Below are positions 10,344 to 19,094 of a stretch of DNA of 64,000 bases, one piece after another (positions within the stretch are counted from its first letter, which is position 1; each line of letters starts with the position of its first letter). The notes beneath the pieces were generated by a model. That model worked only from the letters and a program-made list of their open reading frames with translations. It searched no databases and was not told the DNA's origin. Source of the stretch: Candidatus Poseidoniaceae archaeon (GTDB lineage Archaea; Thermoplasmatota; Poseidoniia; Poseidoniales; Poseidoniaceae); NCBI GenBank assembly GCA_943788295.1, contig CALSPS010000003.1:117287-181286 (forward strand), written 5' to 3'. A program made the position numbers and the translations under genes.

Positions 10344-10954
10344 CGCCGCTTCCCCATCATCACGAGGGTTCCAACAAAACCATCCTTCGCAGCCGCACGG
10401 TGCATCTCGACATCCACAAAACCCGCAGCAATCATGGCTTCTTTCCATTCTGATTCACTCATTAACGTCATGTGGACGTTAAGCGCTTCTGGCCATCCAT
10501 GGCTGTCTGAGTTTTCGAGGTAGTGGTCGATGCCCGCAACCAGTACTCCTCCGTCGTTCATCCATTCATCATGGAGCACCTTGAGCATTTGAGAAGGATC
10601 TTTCAGGTAGTAGAGAAATTCCATAGAATGAACCAAATCGAACCGCTCAGACGGCTTCCATTGAGGTAAAAGAGCGAGGTGAAACGCTCCATCGCCGAGT
10701 GATTTTGCCTTCTTAATCATCGCTTCTGACCCATCGACCCCAACGGCATGAGTGCAACCTTCAATCGCCTCGAGCGCTCGACACACCCAACCGTTACCGC
10801 AACCAACATCCACGGCCGAAAACGGGGCATTCACTTGAGCCAAAGACATGTCGAGCATTTCAGTAACAGATGCTGCATGGCCTCTTTCCATGCCCTCGTC
10901 CTTGTTCTTCATGGCCCATTCTGAAAATAAATCGGTGGCGGCTCGGGTGGTCAT
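10340..10954 (-). CDS. Class I SAM-dependent methyltransferase
   Basis: VDVGCGNGW motif I, GVDGSEAMI, FDLVHSMEFLYY; ATG 10954 chosen to avoid overlap with pip. Confidence 0.85.
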   Translation of the reverse strand: MTTRAATDLFSEWAMKNKDEGMERGHAASVTEMLDMSLAQVNAPFSAVDVGCGNGWVCRALEAIEGCTHAVGVDGSEAMIKKAKSLGDGAFHLALLPQWKPSERFDLVHSMEFLYYLKDPSQMLKVLHDEWMNDGGVLVAGIDHYLENSDSHGWPEALNVHMTLMSESEWKEAMIAAGFVDVEMHRAAAKDGFVGTLVMMGKRR

Positions 10955-11033
10955 ACATCGTGGCTTTGTGGCCGTTCCTTGAACATGTCCCTCAAACGAA
11001 AGGCACATGGTTTGCCGTTCTTTGGCCGAAACC

Positions 11034-11999
11034 ATGCTCGATTCAACCACGACCCTAGACGATGTGCTTTATTCCTCGATTGAACCTTATGATTCTGGAA
11101 TGCTTCAAGTGACCGACCTCCATTCAATTGCATGGGAAAAGTCCGGTAATCCAGATGGGATTCCAGTCGTTGTGATTCATGGAGGGCCCGGCGGCGGTGG
11201 CCAACCCGCCTACCGGCAATACTTCGACCCAGCAAAATTCAACATCATTCAATTCGACCAACGCGGCTGTGGTCAATCAACTCCTCACGCCGAGTTGCGA
11301 GACAACACAACACAAGCAATGGTGGCTGATATCGAAGCGTTAAGGGTTTCATTTGGTGTTGAACAATGGCATGTATTCGGCGGTTCTTGGGGATCCACTC
11401 TCTCCCTCATTTATGCTCAGACATACCCCGACCGTGTTCGAAGTTTGATCTTAAGAGGCATCTTCATGTGCAGAAAAAGTGAACTGCATTGGTTCTACCA
11501 GGACGGTGCAAGCCATATCTTCCCTGATGCGTTTGAGCCTTACCGGGAACACATACCAAAAGAAGAACAAGGCAATCTCATCAAAGCATACTACGCCCGC
11601 TTGACCAGCGAAGATGTCGAAGTTCGCCGAGCCGCTGCAAAGCAATGGACCCGTTGGGAAATGGCCACAAGTCGTCTTTTCCCCGACCCGAGTTACTTGG
11701 AGAAAGCCGAGGATTTGGATTTCGCAGTGGCCTTTGCGCGCATCGAATGCCATTACTTCATCAACGCTATCTTTGTCGAAGAAGCCCATATTTTGAACCA
11801 TGCAGAAGTCATCGCCCATATCCCAACAGTGATTGTACAAGGGCGCTATGACGTGGTCTGTCCAACCCGCAGCGCTTGGGAATTGCACAAGGCCCTTCCT
11901 CAAAGTAACCTCATCATTGTTGCCGATGCGGGCCACTCGATGGGTGAAGTGAGCATCGCTAGGGAACTTGTGGCTGCAACAGATTCAGTTTCCGAGTGA
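11034..11999 (+). CDS. pip: Proline iminopeptidase (S33)
   Basis: HGGPGGG, FDQRGCGQS, GGSWGSTL nucleophile, QGRYDVVCP, AGHS. Confidence 0.95.
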   Translation: MLDSTTTLDDVLYSSIEPYDSGMLQVTDLHSIAWEKSGNPDGIPVVVIHGGPGGGGQPAYRQYFDPAKFNIIQFDQRGCGQSTPHAELRDNTTQAMVADIEALRVSFGVEQWHVFGGSWGSTLSLIYAQTYPDRVRSLILRGIFMCRKSELHWFYQDGASHIFPDAFEPYREHIPKEEQGNLIKAYYARLTSEDVEVRRAAAKQWTRWEMATSRLFPDPSYLEKAEDLDFAVAFARIECHYFINAIFVEEAHILNHAEVIAHIPTVIVQGRYDVVCPTRSAWELHKALPQSNLIIVADAGHSMGEVSIARELVAATDSVSE

Positions 12000-12101
12000 A
12001 TTCTTCTGCGAATTCATGCCCGTTTTCACGGTCGATGAAGCGTCGGCTTGATAGGGTGGAGTTAAGTGGACTTGCATGGAGGCTCGCCTCCGGGTGATAC
12101 C

Positions 12102-12908
12102 ATGACCGAAGAAGGGACCGTCACGCCAGAGATTCGAATTCAACAACTTGAGGAACAACTCGCAACTGAGACCGACCGTTTGCAAAAGTTGTTCGCTGCT
12201 TACGAAGGAGTGGAGAAAGACCTCTTCGATGCTCGAACGGAAAACGAGGTTTTGGAAAAAGAAATCATCGAACGTGAGATCGAAAAAGAGACACAAGAAG
12301 CTCTTCTCAATGAACGAGAAATTCGTGTTCGTGAACTTGAATTGCGGGCTGTCAAAGCCGGAAAGCAAGTGGAGCACCTCAAGCCAGAACTCGAAAAGAT
12401 GGAAGAGAAATACTCTCGTGAAAAAGACCGTCTGGGCAAAGTGTTTGGCATTGCAGAAGAACTGGATAATGACCTTCGTTTGGCCGTTTCAGAAATGAAA
12501 GCCCGTGACGACTGGTACGTCGACCACATGCAAATCTTTGAGGACCTCAACAAGGCGATCAAGGAGCGTTATGATATGATTGAGCGCGCTGTCGAAGCAG
12601 AGCGCAAATCCCAACACATGTCTCGTGCTTTCACCGAGCGAATGGACGACATGGTCGAAGCACGTGCTGCGGACATGACCATTGAAGAAGCAGAACAAGT
12701 CTCAGCAGAAGCCGATTCGGCCTCTGTTGAAATTGTGGGCGATAGTGCAGTGGAAGACCTTCTCGACGACGGAGTCCTCAACAACAGCAACACGGCTGCA
12801 AAAGAAGAAGCTGTGGAAGAATCTCCTGCCGATGAAACGGAAACTCCCGAGGCCACAGAGGCTACGCCTTCTGATTGGTCGAATGGCGACGACCCTTGGG
12901 CAGAGTGA
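12102..12908 (+). CDS. Long coiled-coil protein with acidic disordered C-terminal tail
   Basis: E/K/L heptad-rich ~190 aa, acidic tail ending DDPWAE; GGTGA SD at 12093-12097. Confidence 0.75.
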   Translation: MTEEGTVTPEIRIQQLEEQLATETDRLQKLFAAYEGVEKDLFDARTENEVLEKEIIEREIEKETQEALLNEREIRVRELELRAVKAGKQVEHLKPELEKMEEKYSREKDRLGKVFGIAEELDNDLRLAVSEMKARDDWYVDHMQIFEDLNKAIKERYDMIERAVEAERKSQHMSRAFTERMDDMVEARAADMTIEEAEQVSAEADSASVEIVGDSAVEDLLDDGVLNNSNTAAKEEAVEESPADETETPEATEATPSDWSNGDDPWAE

Positions 12909-12917
12909 GGCACTCAC

Positions 12918-13784
12918 ATGTCTGGGCTGGCCCATGGCGGCCATGCGCCGGTTTTGATCACCTTCATGATGGGGGTCAGTTCACTCATTGTAGGGGCGCT
13001 CATCGATCCTTTGAGCGGCCTCATTCCTTTGTTTGGAATTTTATGCCTCATGATGTCGGCCTTTTTCGTCAATTTTTGGCGTGACCCCGACCGACCGATT
13101 CCAAAAGAGGAAGGGGTTTTGGTTTCGCCTGCAGACGGGCGTGTCATGTTCGTGCGTCGAGAACGAGCGACGGGAAGACGACCCTCAAAGGAAGAACTCC
13201 AAGAATCAGCCATCGAAGATGACCGCCTCACTGGAAATTGGGTTGGCGAGGCCTGCTTACATCCATTGTCCTTTGAGACTGAACAACGGTTCGAAGCGGT
13301 GCCCGAAGGGGAGGAAAGTGCAGATGATGTGGTGCGTGCTGCGATTTTTATGTCGCCCTTGGATGTCCATGTCAACCGAGCCCCAATGGCTGGAACCATT
13401 GAACGGATGGAGCATCGGACAGGTAAAGGACTCAAGCGAGGACCGTTTCGAGCAGCGTTCAAAAAAGAAAGCGAACACAACGAAAGGGTTCGAACGGTCT
13501 TTCTCAACGATGAGCAAGTTCGAGTTGAAGTCACCCAAATTTCTGGAGCATTGGCGCGGACCATCATCCCGTGGAGTGGCATTGGCGAGCCGATGCGACG
13601 TGGCCAGAGGTTTGGCATGATTCGTCTTGGCTCAAGGGTTGATGTTCGTGTTCCTGCGGCCGCGTTCTCGTCCGCTGTTGTTTCTGCGGAAATGAACCAA
13701 GAGGCTTATCCAAAAGGGCAATTTGTTCAGGCAGGCACCTCTATCCTGTTCCATCCCATTGCTGAATCCGCGTCGGTGGATTGA
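12918..13784 (+). CDS. psd: Phosphatidylserine/archaetidylserine decarboxylase proenzyme
   Basis: FWRDPDR, VSPADGRV, IFMSPLDVHVNRAP, FGMIRLGSRVD autocleavage (LGS); N-terminal TM segments. Confidence 0.9.
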   Translation: MSGLAHGGHAPVLITFMMGVSSLIVGALIDPLSGLIPLFGILCLMMSAFFVNFWRDPDRPIPKEEGVLVSPADGRVMFVRRERATGRRPSKEELQESAIEDDRLTGNWVGEACLHPLSFETEQRFEAVPEGEESADDVVRAAIFMSPLDVHVNRAPMAGTIERMEHRTGKGLKRGPFRAAFKKESEHNERVRTVFLNDEQVRVEVTQISGALARTIIPWSGIGEPMRRGQRFGMIRLGSRVDVRVPAAAFSSAVVSAEMNQEAYPKGQFVQAGTSILFHPIAESASVD

Positions 13785-13823
13785 AACCGGTAGGGCCGGC
13801 CAACAAACCAAAGGGGGGCACTC

Positions 13824-14990
13824 ATGGCGAATCAAAAATCACTCACTTTGGTTGGCGATGGTCAGAAGGGTGCTCGTATTCACGACCTGGTCAAAGCCCC
13901 GGCAAACACGCCTTGGGCAAAAGCCAGGCAGCAATCATGGGACGCAAGTGAACCTGCAACAGTGTATTACACTCCAGAAACACTCGCAGATGGAACTCCT
14001 TGCAGTGCAGTGACTGTGATTCTGCGCACCAAGGGATGCCATTGGTGGTGGTCAAGTGGGTGCACTTTTTGCGGCTATTTCAACGACACACGCGACGATG
14101 TCACGAACGAGGACCTGCACGCCCAATGGGCGTATGCAAAATCGAAATTCGACGATTTCAAAGACCATGCGATGGTGAAAGTTTACACCAGTGGTTCACT
14201 GCTTGAGGATCGAGAAATTCCAGTTCCCTTCCAAGAAACTGTGCTGCGCGATTGCCAGGATCTTGGCAAAGAATTGATTGTTGAATCCCGATGCGAACAA
14301 CTCACGGAAGAGAAGTTGGCTTGGGCCACCTCGATCAACACAAGTTTCGCAGTCGCCATCGGGCTTGAGGCCTATGACGATGAAGTGCTTCGCTTCCACG
14401 TCAACAAAGGGTTCACGACCAAATCATGGGACCGGGCTGTTGCCAACCTCAAGAAATTCAACGTTCGGGTCAAGACCTATTTGATGTTCAAACCACCGTT
14501 CATGAATGAAGCAGATGCACTGCTTCATGGAGTCAAATGGATTGAGGCGGTGGCCGAAAAGAGCGATGAGATATCCGTTAACCCGATGAACATTCAGCGC
14601 GGTACCATCATCGATCGATTGCACCGTCACAATGAGTATCGCCCTCCTTGGCTGTGGTCTTTGGTCGAAATGATTCGACAGGCTCACCCAACGATTCATC
14701 CTAACAACACAGGCAATGGTGGCGAAGGGCAAGTCAGTCGACTCATTGTCCACCCAACAGCTGGTGGCCGTGTACGCGGCGCACACAACTGCGGGGCTTG
14801 CGATGCTGAGGTCGTGGCCGCCATCGAGCGGTATGCGGTTTCAGGAGAATTGGCTGAGTTTGAAGGGTTGGAATGCGATTGCCAGAAGGCATGGGCAGAA
14901 GAGGTCGCACTTGAGCACGCTTTGCCAACACCACTCGGTATTTCGAAACCCCGCCGTGGCAATGTTTTGGATGCATTGCGGGCACCCTGA
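13824..14990 (+). CDS. Archaeosine biosynthesis radical SAM protein RaSEA (TIGR01210-like)
   Basis: ILRTKGCHWWWSSGCTFCGY (Cx6CxxC), KVYTSGS, INKGF-like VNKGF, YRPPWLWS, RGAHNCGAC. Confidence 0.85.
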   Translation: MANQKSLTLVGDGQKGARIHDLVKAPANTPWAKARQQSWDASEPATVYYTPETLADGTPCSAVTVILRTKGCHWWWSSGCTFCGYFNDTRDDVTNEDLHAQWAYAKSKFDDFKDHAMVKVYTSGSLLEDREIPVPFQETVLRDCQDLGKELIVESRCEQLTEEKLAWATSINTSFAVAIGLEAYDDEVLRFHVNKGFTTKSWDRAVANLKKFNVRVKTYLMFKPPFMNEADALLHGVKWIEAVAEKSDEISVNPMNIQRGTIIDRLHRHNEYRPPWLWSLVEMIRQAHPTIHPNNTGNGGEGQVSRLIVHPTAGGRVRGAHNCGACDAEVVAAIERYAVSGELAEFEGLECDCQKAWAEEVALEHALPTPLGISKPRRGNVLDALRAP

Positions 14991-15063
14991 TCTGCTTCGA
15001 GCAATCGCCCGCATACCTCTTTGCAAGGTGTGAATCTTTATGACCGCTGTACGAGTGGGCGGA

Positions 15064-15082
15064 ATGACCCCTATGGGGTCAT
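15064..15082. promoter_or_regulatory. Perfect inverted repeat ATGACCCC-TAT-GGGGTCAT upstream of the CcoN-like/EF-hand operon
   Basis: 8-bp arms lying between a TTTATGA TATA-like element (~15038) and the GGTGA SD (15088-15092). Confidence 0.5.
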
Positions 15083-15097
15083 GTTCGGGTGAACCTT

Positions 15098-15370
15098 ATG
15101 ACAAACACAACCAGTCTTCCAGATGTAACCGTTGGAACCGGCGAACCGGCTTCCAGTCGTATTCTTTTGACCCTGCTCTCAGTTGGTGTGCTTGGCCTGT
15201 TCGCATTGTTCTCAAATGTCTTCGGTTGGGACAACATTCCCTTGCTCGGTGAACTGGTCCCATTGATCGGAAATCTTGGTGGTAGTGGAATCTGGTATTA
15301 CCTCATTGGCCTTCTCATTGGTATTGGTGCCATTGTGGCCTCACTTCTTGCAGAGGTCATCGTCGATTAG
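15098..15370 (+). CDS. Small membrane protein (2 TM), first gene of putative operon
   Basis: Two hydrophobic segments; ATG 15098 after GGTGA SD; followed by GGAGGTG SD of next gene. Confidence 0.75.
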   Translation: MTNTTSLPDVTVGTGEPASSRILLTLLSVGVLGLFALFSNVFGWDNIPLLGELVPLIGNLGGSGIWYYLIGLLIGIGAIVASLLAEVIVD

Positions 15371-15382
15371 GAGGTGTGATGC

Positions 15383-17362
15383 ATGGAAACTGTCTTCATT
15401 ACATCTGGCCTTTTGATTGCCATTCTTTTCTTCACCGCAAATTACCTTGTCAAAGGCATCGGTGGAATGAGCGCACCGCTTCAACAAGTGGGTATGTTCC
15501 TTCTCAATAAAGCCCCAGCGGGCATCATTGATCTGTTCAGTGATGAGGCTGGAAGTGGAAGCAAAACCTGGATTCGCTTCGGTATGGTTTGGTTTATTTT
15601 TGCAGCAATCTCAAGCTTCCTCGGTCTTTGGCACAGTTACGATGGCACTGCGCTCGATTCCCTTGCTAGCATTGGATGGTCCTATGACGATGGCTCAATG
15701 CTGACAGAATACACCAACGTGTTCTTCATGACTGCCCTCAACTACATGCTTGTCGGTGGCGCTCTTGTCGCCGTCTCTCGTACCGCTCAAGGTCGACTTG
15801 CAAGTGAAAAGAGCGCTTCTATGGTGGCCTTGCTTCTCACAGTATCCACTGCTGCCTATCTTTTCCTGCCAGTCCTGCTCTCGTTCGTGACCCTCGACAA
15901 CGAAGCAGGCATCATTGACACCGTGACCAATGTCTCCTCGCTTGTGGTCGGTTCCTTGCTTCACGCAGCAATTCTGATCAACGTGCTCATCACCGTTGCG
16001 AACCGTGCATCTGACAACCTTTCTCCGACCACATGGTTCCTCGTTTTGGCGCTTGTTGCAAAGATCTCCGGCGGCCTCATGGCCTTCATTGGCGAACTCA
16101 TGTCCTCCACACAAACCGTTTGGATGGCAGAGCATGTGCTCACTGGATGGGTTCCCCTTGCGCTCATCTTCGGGCTTGCTTACCACATCATCCCTTACAC
16201 AACCGGCACTCCAGTTTGGTCAGAGTCGTTGTTCAAGGTCAACATGCTTTTGCTGTTTGTGACCGTCCCCCCGTTCTTCATGACAGCAGCAACGAGTGCA
16301 GAGTTCCTCCAAAATGTAGGCGCTATTCTCCTTACCCTTGGACTGCTTCCATTGCTTGCTGGATCGTTTAACCTCCTTATCACAGCAAAATCAAACGCAG
16401 AAGCGATTGTCAAGAATCCTGGTGCCTTTGCAGCTACCGGAGCGATGTTACTGCTTCCATTGTATGCTGTTGGTGGCTACTTCACCAGCATGGACGTCTT
16501 CGTTGGTCTTGGAAACCTCGGTACAATGGCCACGACCGTCGATCAAGGCTTCATGTACACGGTTGGTGGTTTGATGATGCTTGCGAGTGTGTTCACAGCA
16601 TACCCGCTTGCTGCACGAAAGCTATTGGCATCCACCTCAAACGCACAACTTGCAGTCTGGCTTACCATTGTCGGTGGTCTCATGTCCACCGTCATCCGCT
16701 TGATGGGCGACTTCACCAACCAAGCCGTTGCAAATTCCGGAGTGGAAGATGCAGTTGCCAACTCAGGTGGTTTCCTTCTCGTTGCCTCTTCAATGTACTA
16801 TCTATGTGCAATTGCGACCATCATCACAGCACAGGTCATGATTCGTACCGGTACCCGTGGCAACGCAGATGCGGTGCTTCAAAGCGCAACAAGCGACATC
16901 AATGCTTACACCCTTGTTGAAGGCACAACAACAATTCGAACCTTGCTTGGCCGAGGTGTTGGAATCGATACAGAACTCAACATTGGCCACAGTGAAGAGG
17001 ACGATGGTGCCACAATAATCGCCGTTAGTGCCCACCTTCACAATGAAGAAATCACTGAATTCCCAGACGACGGCACAGGCCCAGCCGAAGAGTTGGTGAT
17101 GCTGTCAAATTACCTCGCAGAATCGGACCAATCATTGTTCCAATTCTTCCAATCCATCGATCTTGATGATTCGGGCACCATCGATGGCTTCGAATTCCAA
17201 AGAGCGCTCAAGAACGCAGAAATCGCCAACCTCCCTCCATGGGAAATGAGCGCTCTTCTCGAGGCAATGGATCTTGATGGCGATGGAAAGATCAACCTTC
17301 CAGAACTCGACATTGCTGTGACAAAAATTCGATCCATGCAAAGCACTTCTGAAGAAGAGTGA
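15383..17362 (+). CDS. Degenerate heme-copper oxidase subunit I (CcoN-like) multipass membrane protein with C-terminal EF-hand pair
   Basis: ~13 TM; segments align by eye to CcoN (YTN~HTN, VSRTAQ~VQRTCQ, AYHIIPYTTGTPVWSESL~MYYFVPKQAERPVYSYRL); EF loops DLDDSGTIDGFE and DLDGDGKINLPE. Confidence 0.8.
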   Translation: METVFITSGLLIAILFFTANYLVKGIGGMSAPLQQVGMFLLNKAPAGIIDLFSDEAGSGSKTWIRFGMVWFIFAAISSFLGLWHSYDGTALDSLASIGWSYDDGSMLTEYTNVFFMTALNYMLVGGALVAVSRTAQGRLASEKSASMVALLLTVSTAAYLFLPVLLSFVTLDNEAGIIDTVTNVSSLVVGSLLHAAILINVLITVANRASDNLSPTTWFLVLALVAKISGGLMAFIGELMSSTQTVWMAEHVLTGWVPLALIFGLAYHIIPYTTGTPVWSESLFKVNMLLLFVTVPPFFMTAATSAEFLQNVGAILLTLGLLPLLAGSFNLLITAKSNAEAIVKNPGAFAATGAMLLLPLYAVGGYFTSMDVFVGLGNLGTMATTVDQGFMYTVGGLMMLASVFTAYPLAARKLLASTSNAQLAVWLTIVGGLMSTVIRLMGDFTNQAVANSGVEDAVANSGGFLLVASSMYYLCAIATIITAQVMIRTGTRGNADAVLQSATSDINAYTLVEGTTTIRTLLGRGVGIDTELNIGHSEEDDGATIIAVSAHLHNEEITEFPDDGTGPAEELVMLSNYLAESDQSLFQFFQSIDLDDSGTIDGFEFQRALKNAEIANLPPWEMSALLEAMDLDGDGKINLPELDIAVTKIRSMQSTSEEE

Positions 17363-17377
17363 AGCAGCAAAGGGGAT

Positions 17378-18670
17378 GTGGACTGGGTGCGAATTGGCCT
17401 TGTCGGCAAACCAAATGTGGGCAAATCTACTTTTTTCAGCGCTGCAACATTGGCCAAGGTGGACATCGCGAACTACCCCTTCTGTACCATTGAACCGAAC
17501 GTCGGTGTTGCGTTTGTCGCAGCACGTCTTGATTGTCCCTGCAAGGACATCAGGGTGAAACTGGAAGCCGAAGGACGAATCGAGGCCGTCAAGGAAGACG
17601 ATCCAAGAAAGGGCAGTCTATGTGAGCCAAGAACGGGTTCCTGTGTTGGTCATCGCCGACTTGTCCCTTGCTTCCTTGTTGACATTGCAGGTCTTGTTCC
17701 GGGAGCGAGCGAAGGGCGTGGACGTGGTAACGCCTTCTTGGCGGATTTAGCCAACTGTAACGCGCTCATACAAGTTGTGGATGCTGCCGGAAGCACGGAC
17801 CTCGAAGGCAACCCCCAGGGGCTGAATCAACCATCGGAACTCGCCCGGGCACGAGTCAATGAAGAAATTGAATTTCTCGGACATGAACTTGATGCGTGGA
17901 TTGCCGGTTTGTTGCTGGATGGTTGGTCACGTGGGGTGCGCCGAGTGCAAGCTGAAGGTGACAAAGGCCTTGTCTCGTTCATTCATGAGCGGCTTACGGG
18001 GTTAGGTGCAACGCTACAGTCTGTCTCGTTAGCATACGATGCCTTCTTTTCAGAACAAAGCGACCTTGGTTCCCCCTGGGATTGGAATTCAGATGTCATT
18101 GCAGCGTTAGCCGTCCATTTGAGAACAGCTCTTTTCCCAATCCACATCGCCGCCAACAAATTTGATGTTGCTCCGAACGATGTGCTGGATGGTGTTGCTG
18201 CCAATGGCGTCATCATACCATGCATGGCCGATGTGGAACTGGGTCTGCGTCGGGCGGATGCAGCAAACCTCATCGCATATGTACCCGGCGAGAATGACTT
18301 CCAATTTAGCGATCAATCCTCGCTCAATGAAGCTCAAATGAAAGCACTTAATCACATGAAGGAACGCCTCAAAACCAACCAAGGAACGGGTGTAGCCAGG
18401 GTGCTCGACACGGTCTTGTTCGATGAATTGGATCATATCGTGGTCTATCCCGTACAGGATGAAGCTCGCTGGACCGATGGAGATGGAAAAGTGCTGCCCG
18501 ATGCGTTTGTGGTCCCGTCTGGCATACAAGCCAAAGCCTTGGCATTCAAGGTGCACACCGATTTAGGAAACGGGTTCATTCGGGGCGTCGATGGACGAAG
18601 CCGACGTGTTGTTGGTTCCGACCATGAGTTGCAGGACGGAGATGTTCTGAAAATTCACGCTAAATCGTAA
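17378..18670 (+). CDS. ychF: Archaeal YchF/Obg-family NTPase with TGS domain
   Basis: GKPNVGKST, ANYPFCTIEPN, DIAGLVPGA, NKFD, C-terminal VHTDL...LQDGDVLKI. Confidence 0.9.
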   Translation: MDWVRIGLVGKPNVGKSTFFSAATLAKVDIANYPFCTIEPNVGVAFVAARLDCPCKDIRVKLEAEGRIEAVKEDDPRKGSLCEPRTGSCVGHRRLVPCFLVDIAGLVPGASEGRGRGNAFLADLANCNALIQVVDAAGSTDLEGNPQGLNQPSELARARVNEEIEFLGHELDAWIAGLLLDGWSRGVRRVQAEGDKGLVSFIHERLTGLGATLQSVSLAYDAFFSEQSDLGSPWDWNSDVIAALAVHLRTALFPIHIAANKFDVAPNDVLDGVAANGVIIPCMADVELGLRRADAANLIAYVPGENDFQFSDQSSLNEAQMKALNHMKERLKTNQGTGVARVLDTVLFDELDHIVVYPVQDEARWTDGDGKVLPDAFVVPSGIQAKALAFKVHTDLGNGFIRGVDGRSRRVVGSDHELQDGDVLKIHAKS

Positions 18671-19057
18671 TCAGTGGCCTTCTGGTCGATCGTAGGCAGG
18701 GGTTAAACGTGCCATGTCTCCAGAATATTGCCCGCCTCGGTAGATGAACCAAACAGGCGTCAAGAGCGTCAAGGCAAGCAAAATGAGCAAGAAATACAAG
18801 CCCCACGGTTGAACATCTCGAATCACCATAATCCAAAGGGTCCAGAGCAACGGAATGTATAGGAAAATACTGTAACGCCGAGCGAGCGTTTGCAGACGGG
18901 CACTGCCCAATCCGCCGTCGTACATGTTCGCAGCGTCTTCTTTTGAGACAAGTCCCTTTTCCAAACCACAGCGCACACAAACCTGTGTCATAGGCCCGTT
19001 TCCATGAATGAATTGTTCACGTGGGTAGGTGCTTGAACAGTAACGGCAACTTGGCAT
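18671..19057 (-). CDS. Small Zn-ribbon membrane protein
   Basis: CRYC...CVRC followed by two TM helices. Confidence 0.7.
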   Translation of the reverse strand: MPSCRYCSSTYPREQFIHGNGPMTQVCVRCGLEKGLVSKEDAANMYDGGLGSARLQTLARRYSIFLYIPLLWTLWIMVIRDVQPWGLYFLLILLALTLLTPVWFIYRGGQYSGDMARLTPAYDRPEGH

Positions 19058-19094
19058 GGTCTTCCCTCATTGTCTCCGAAATGCTCACGATTCT

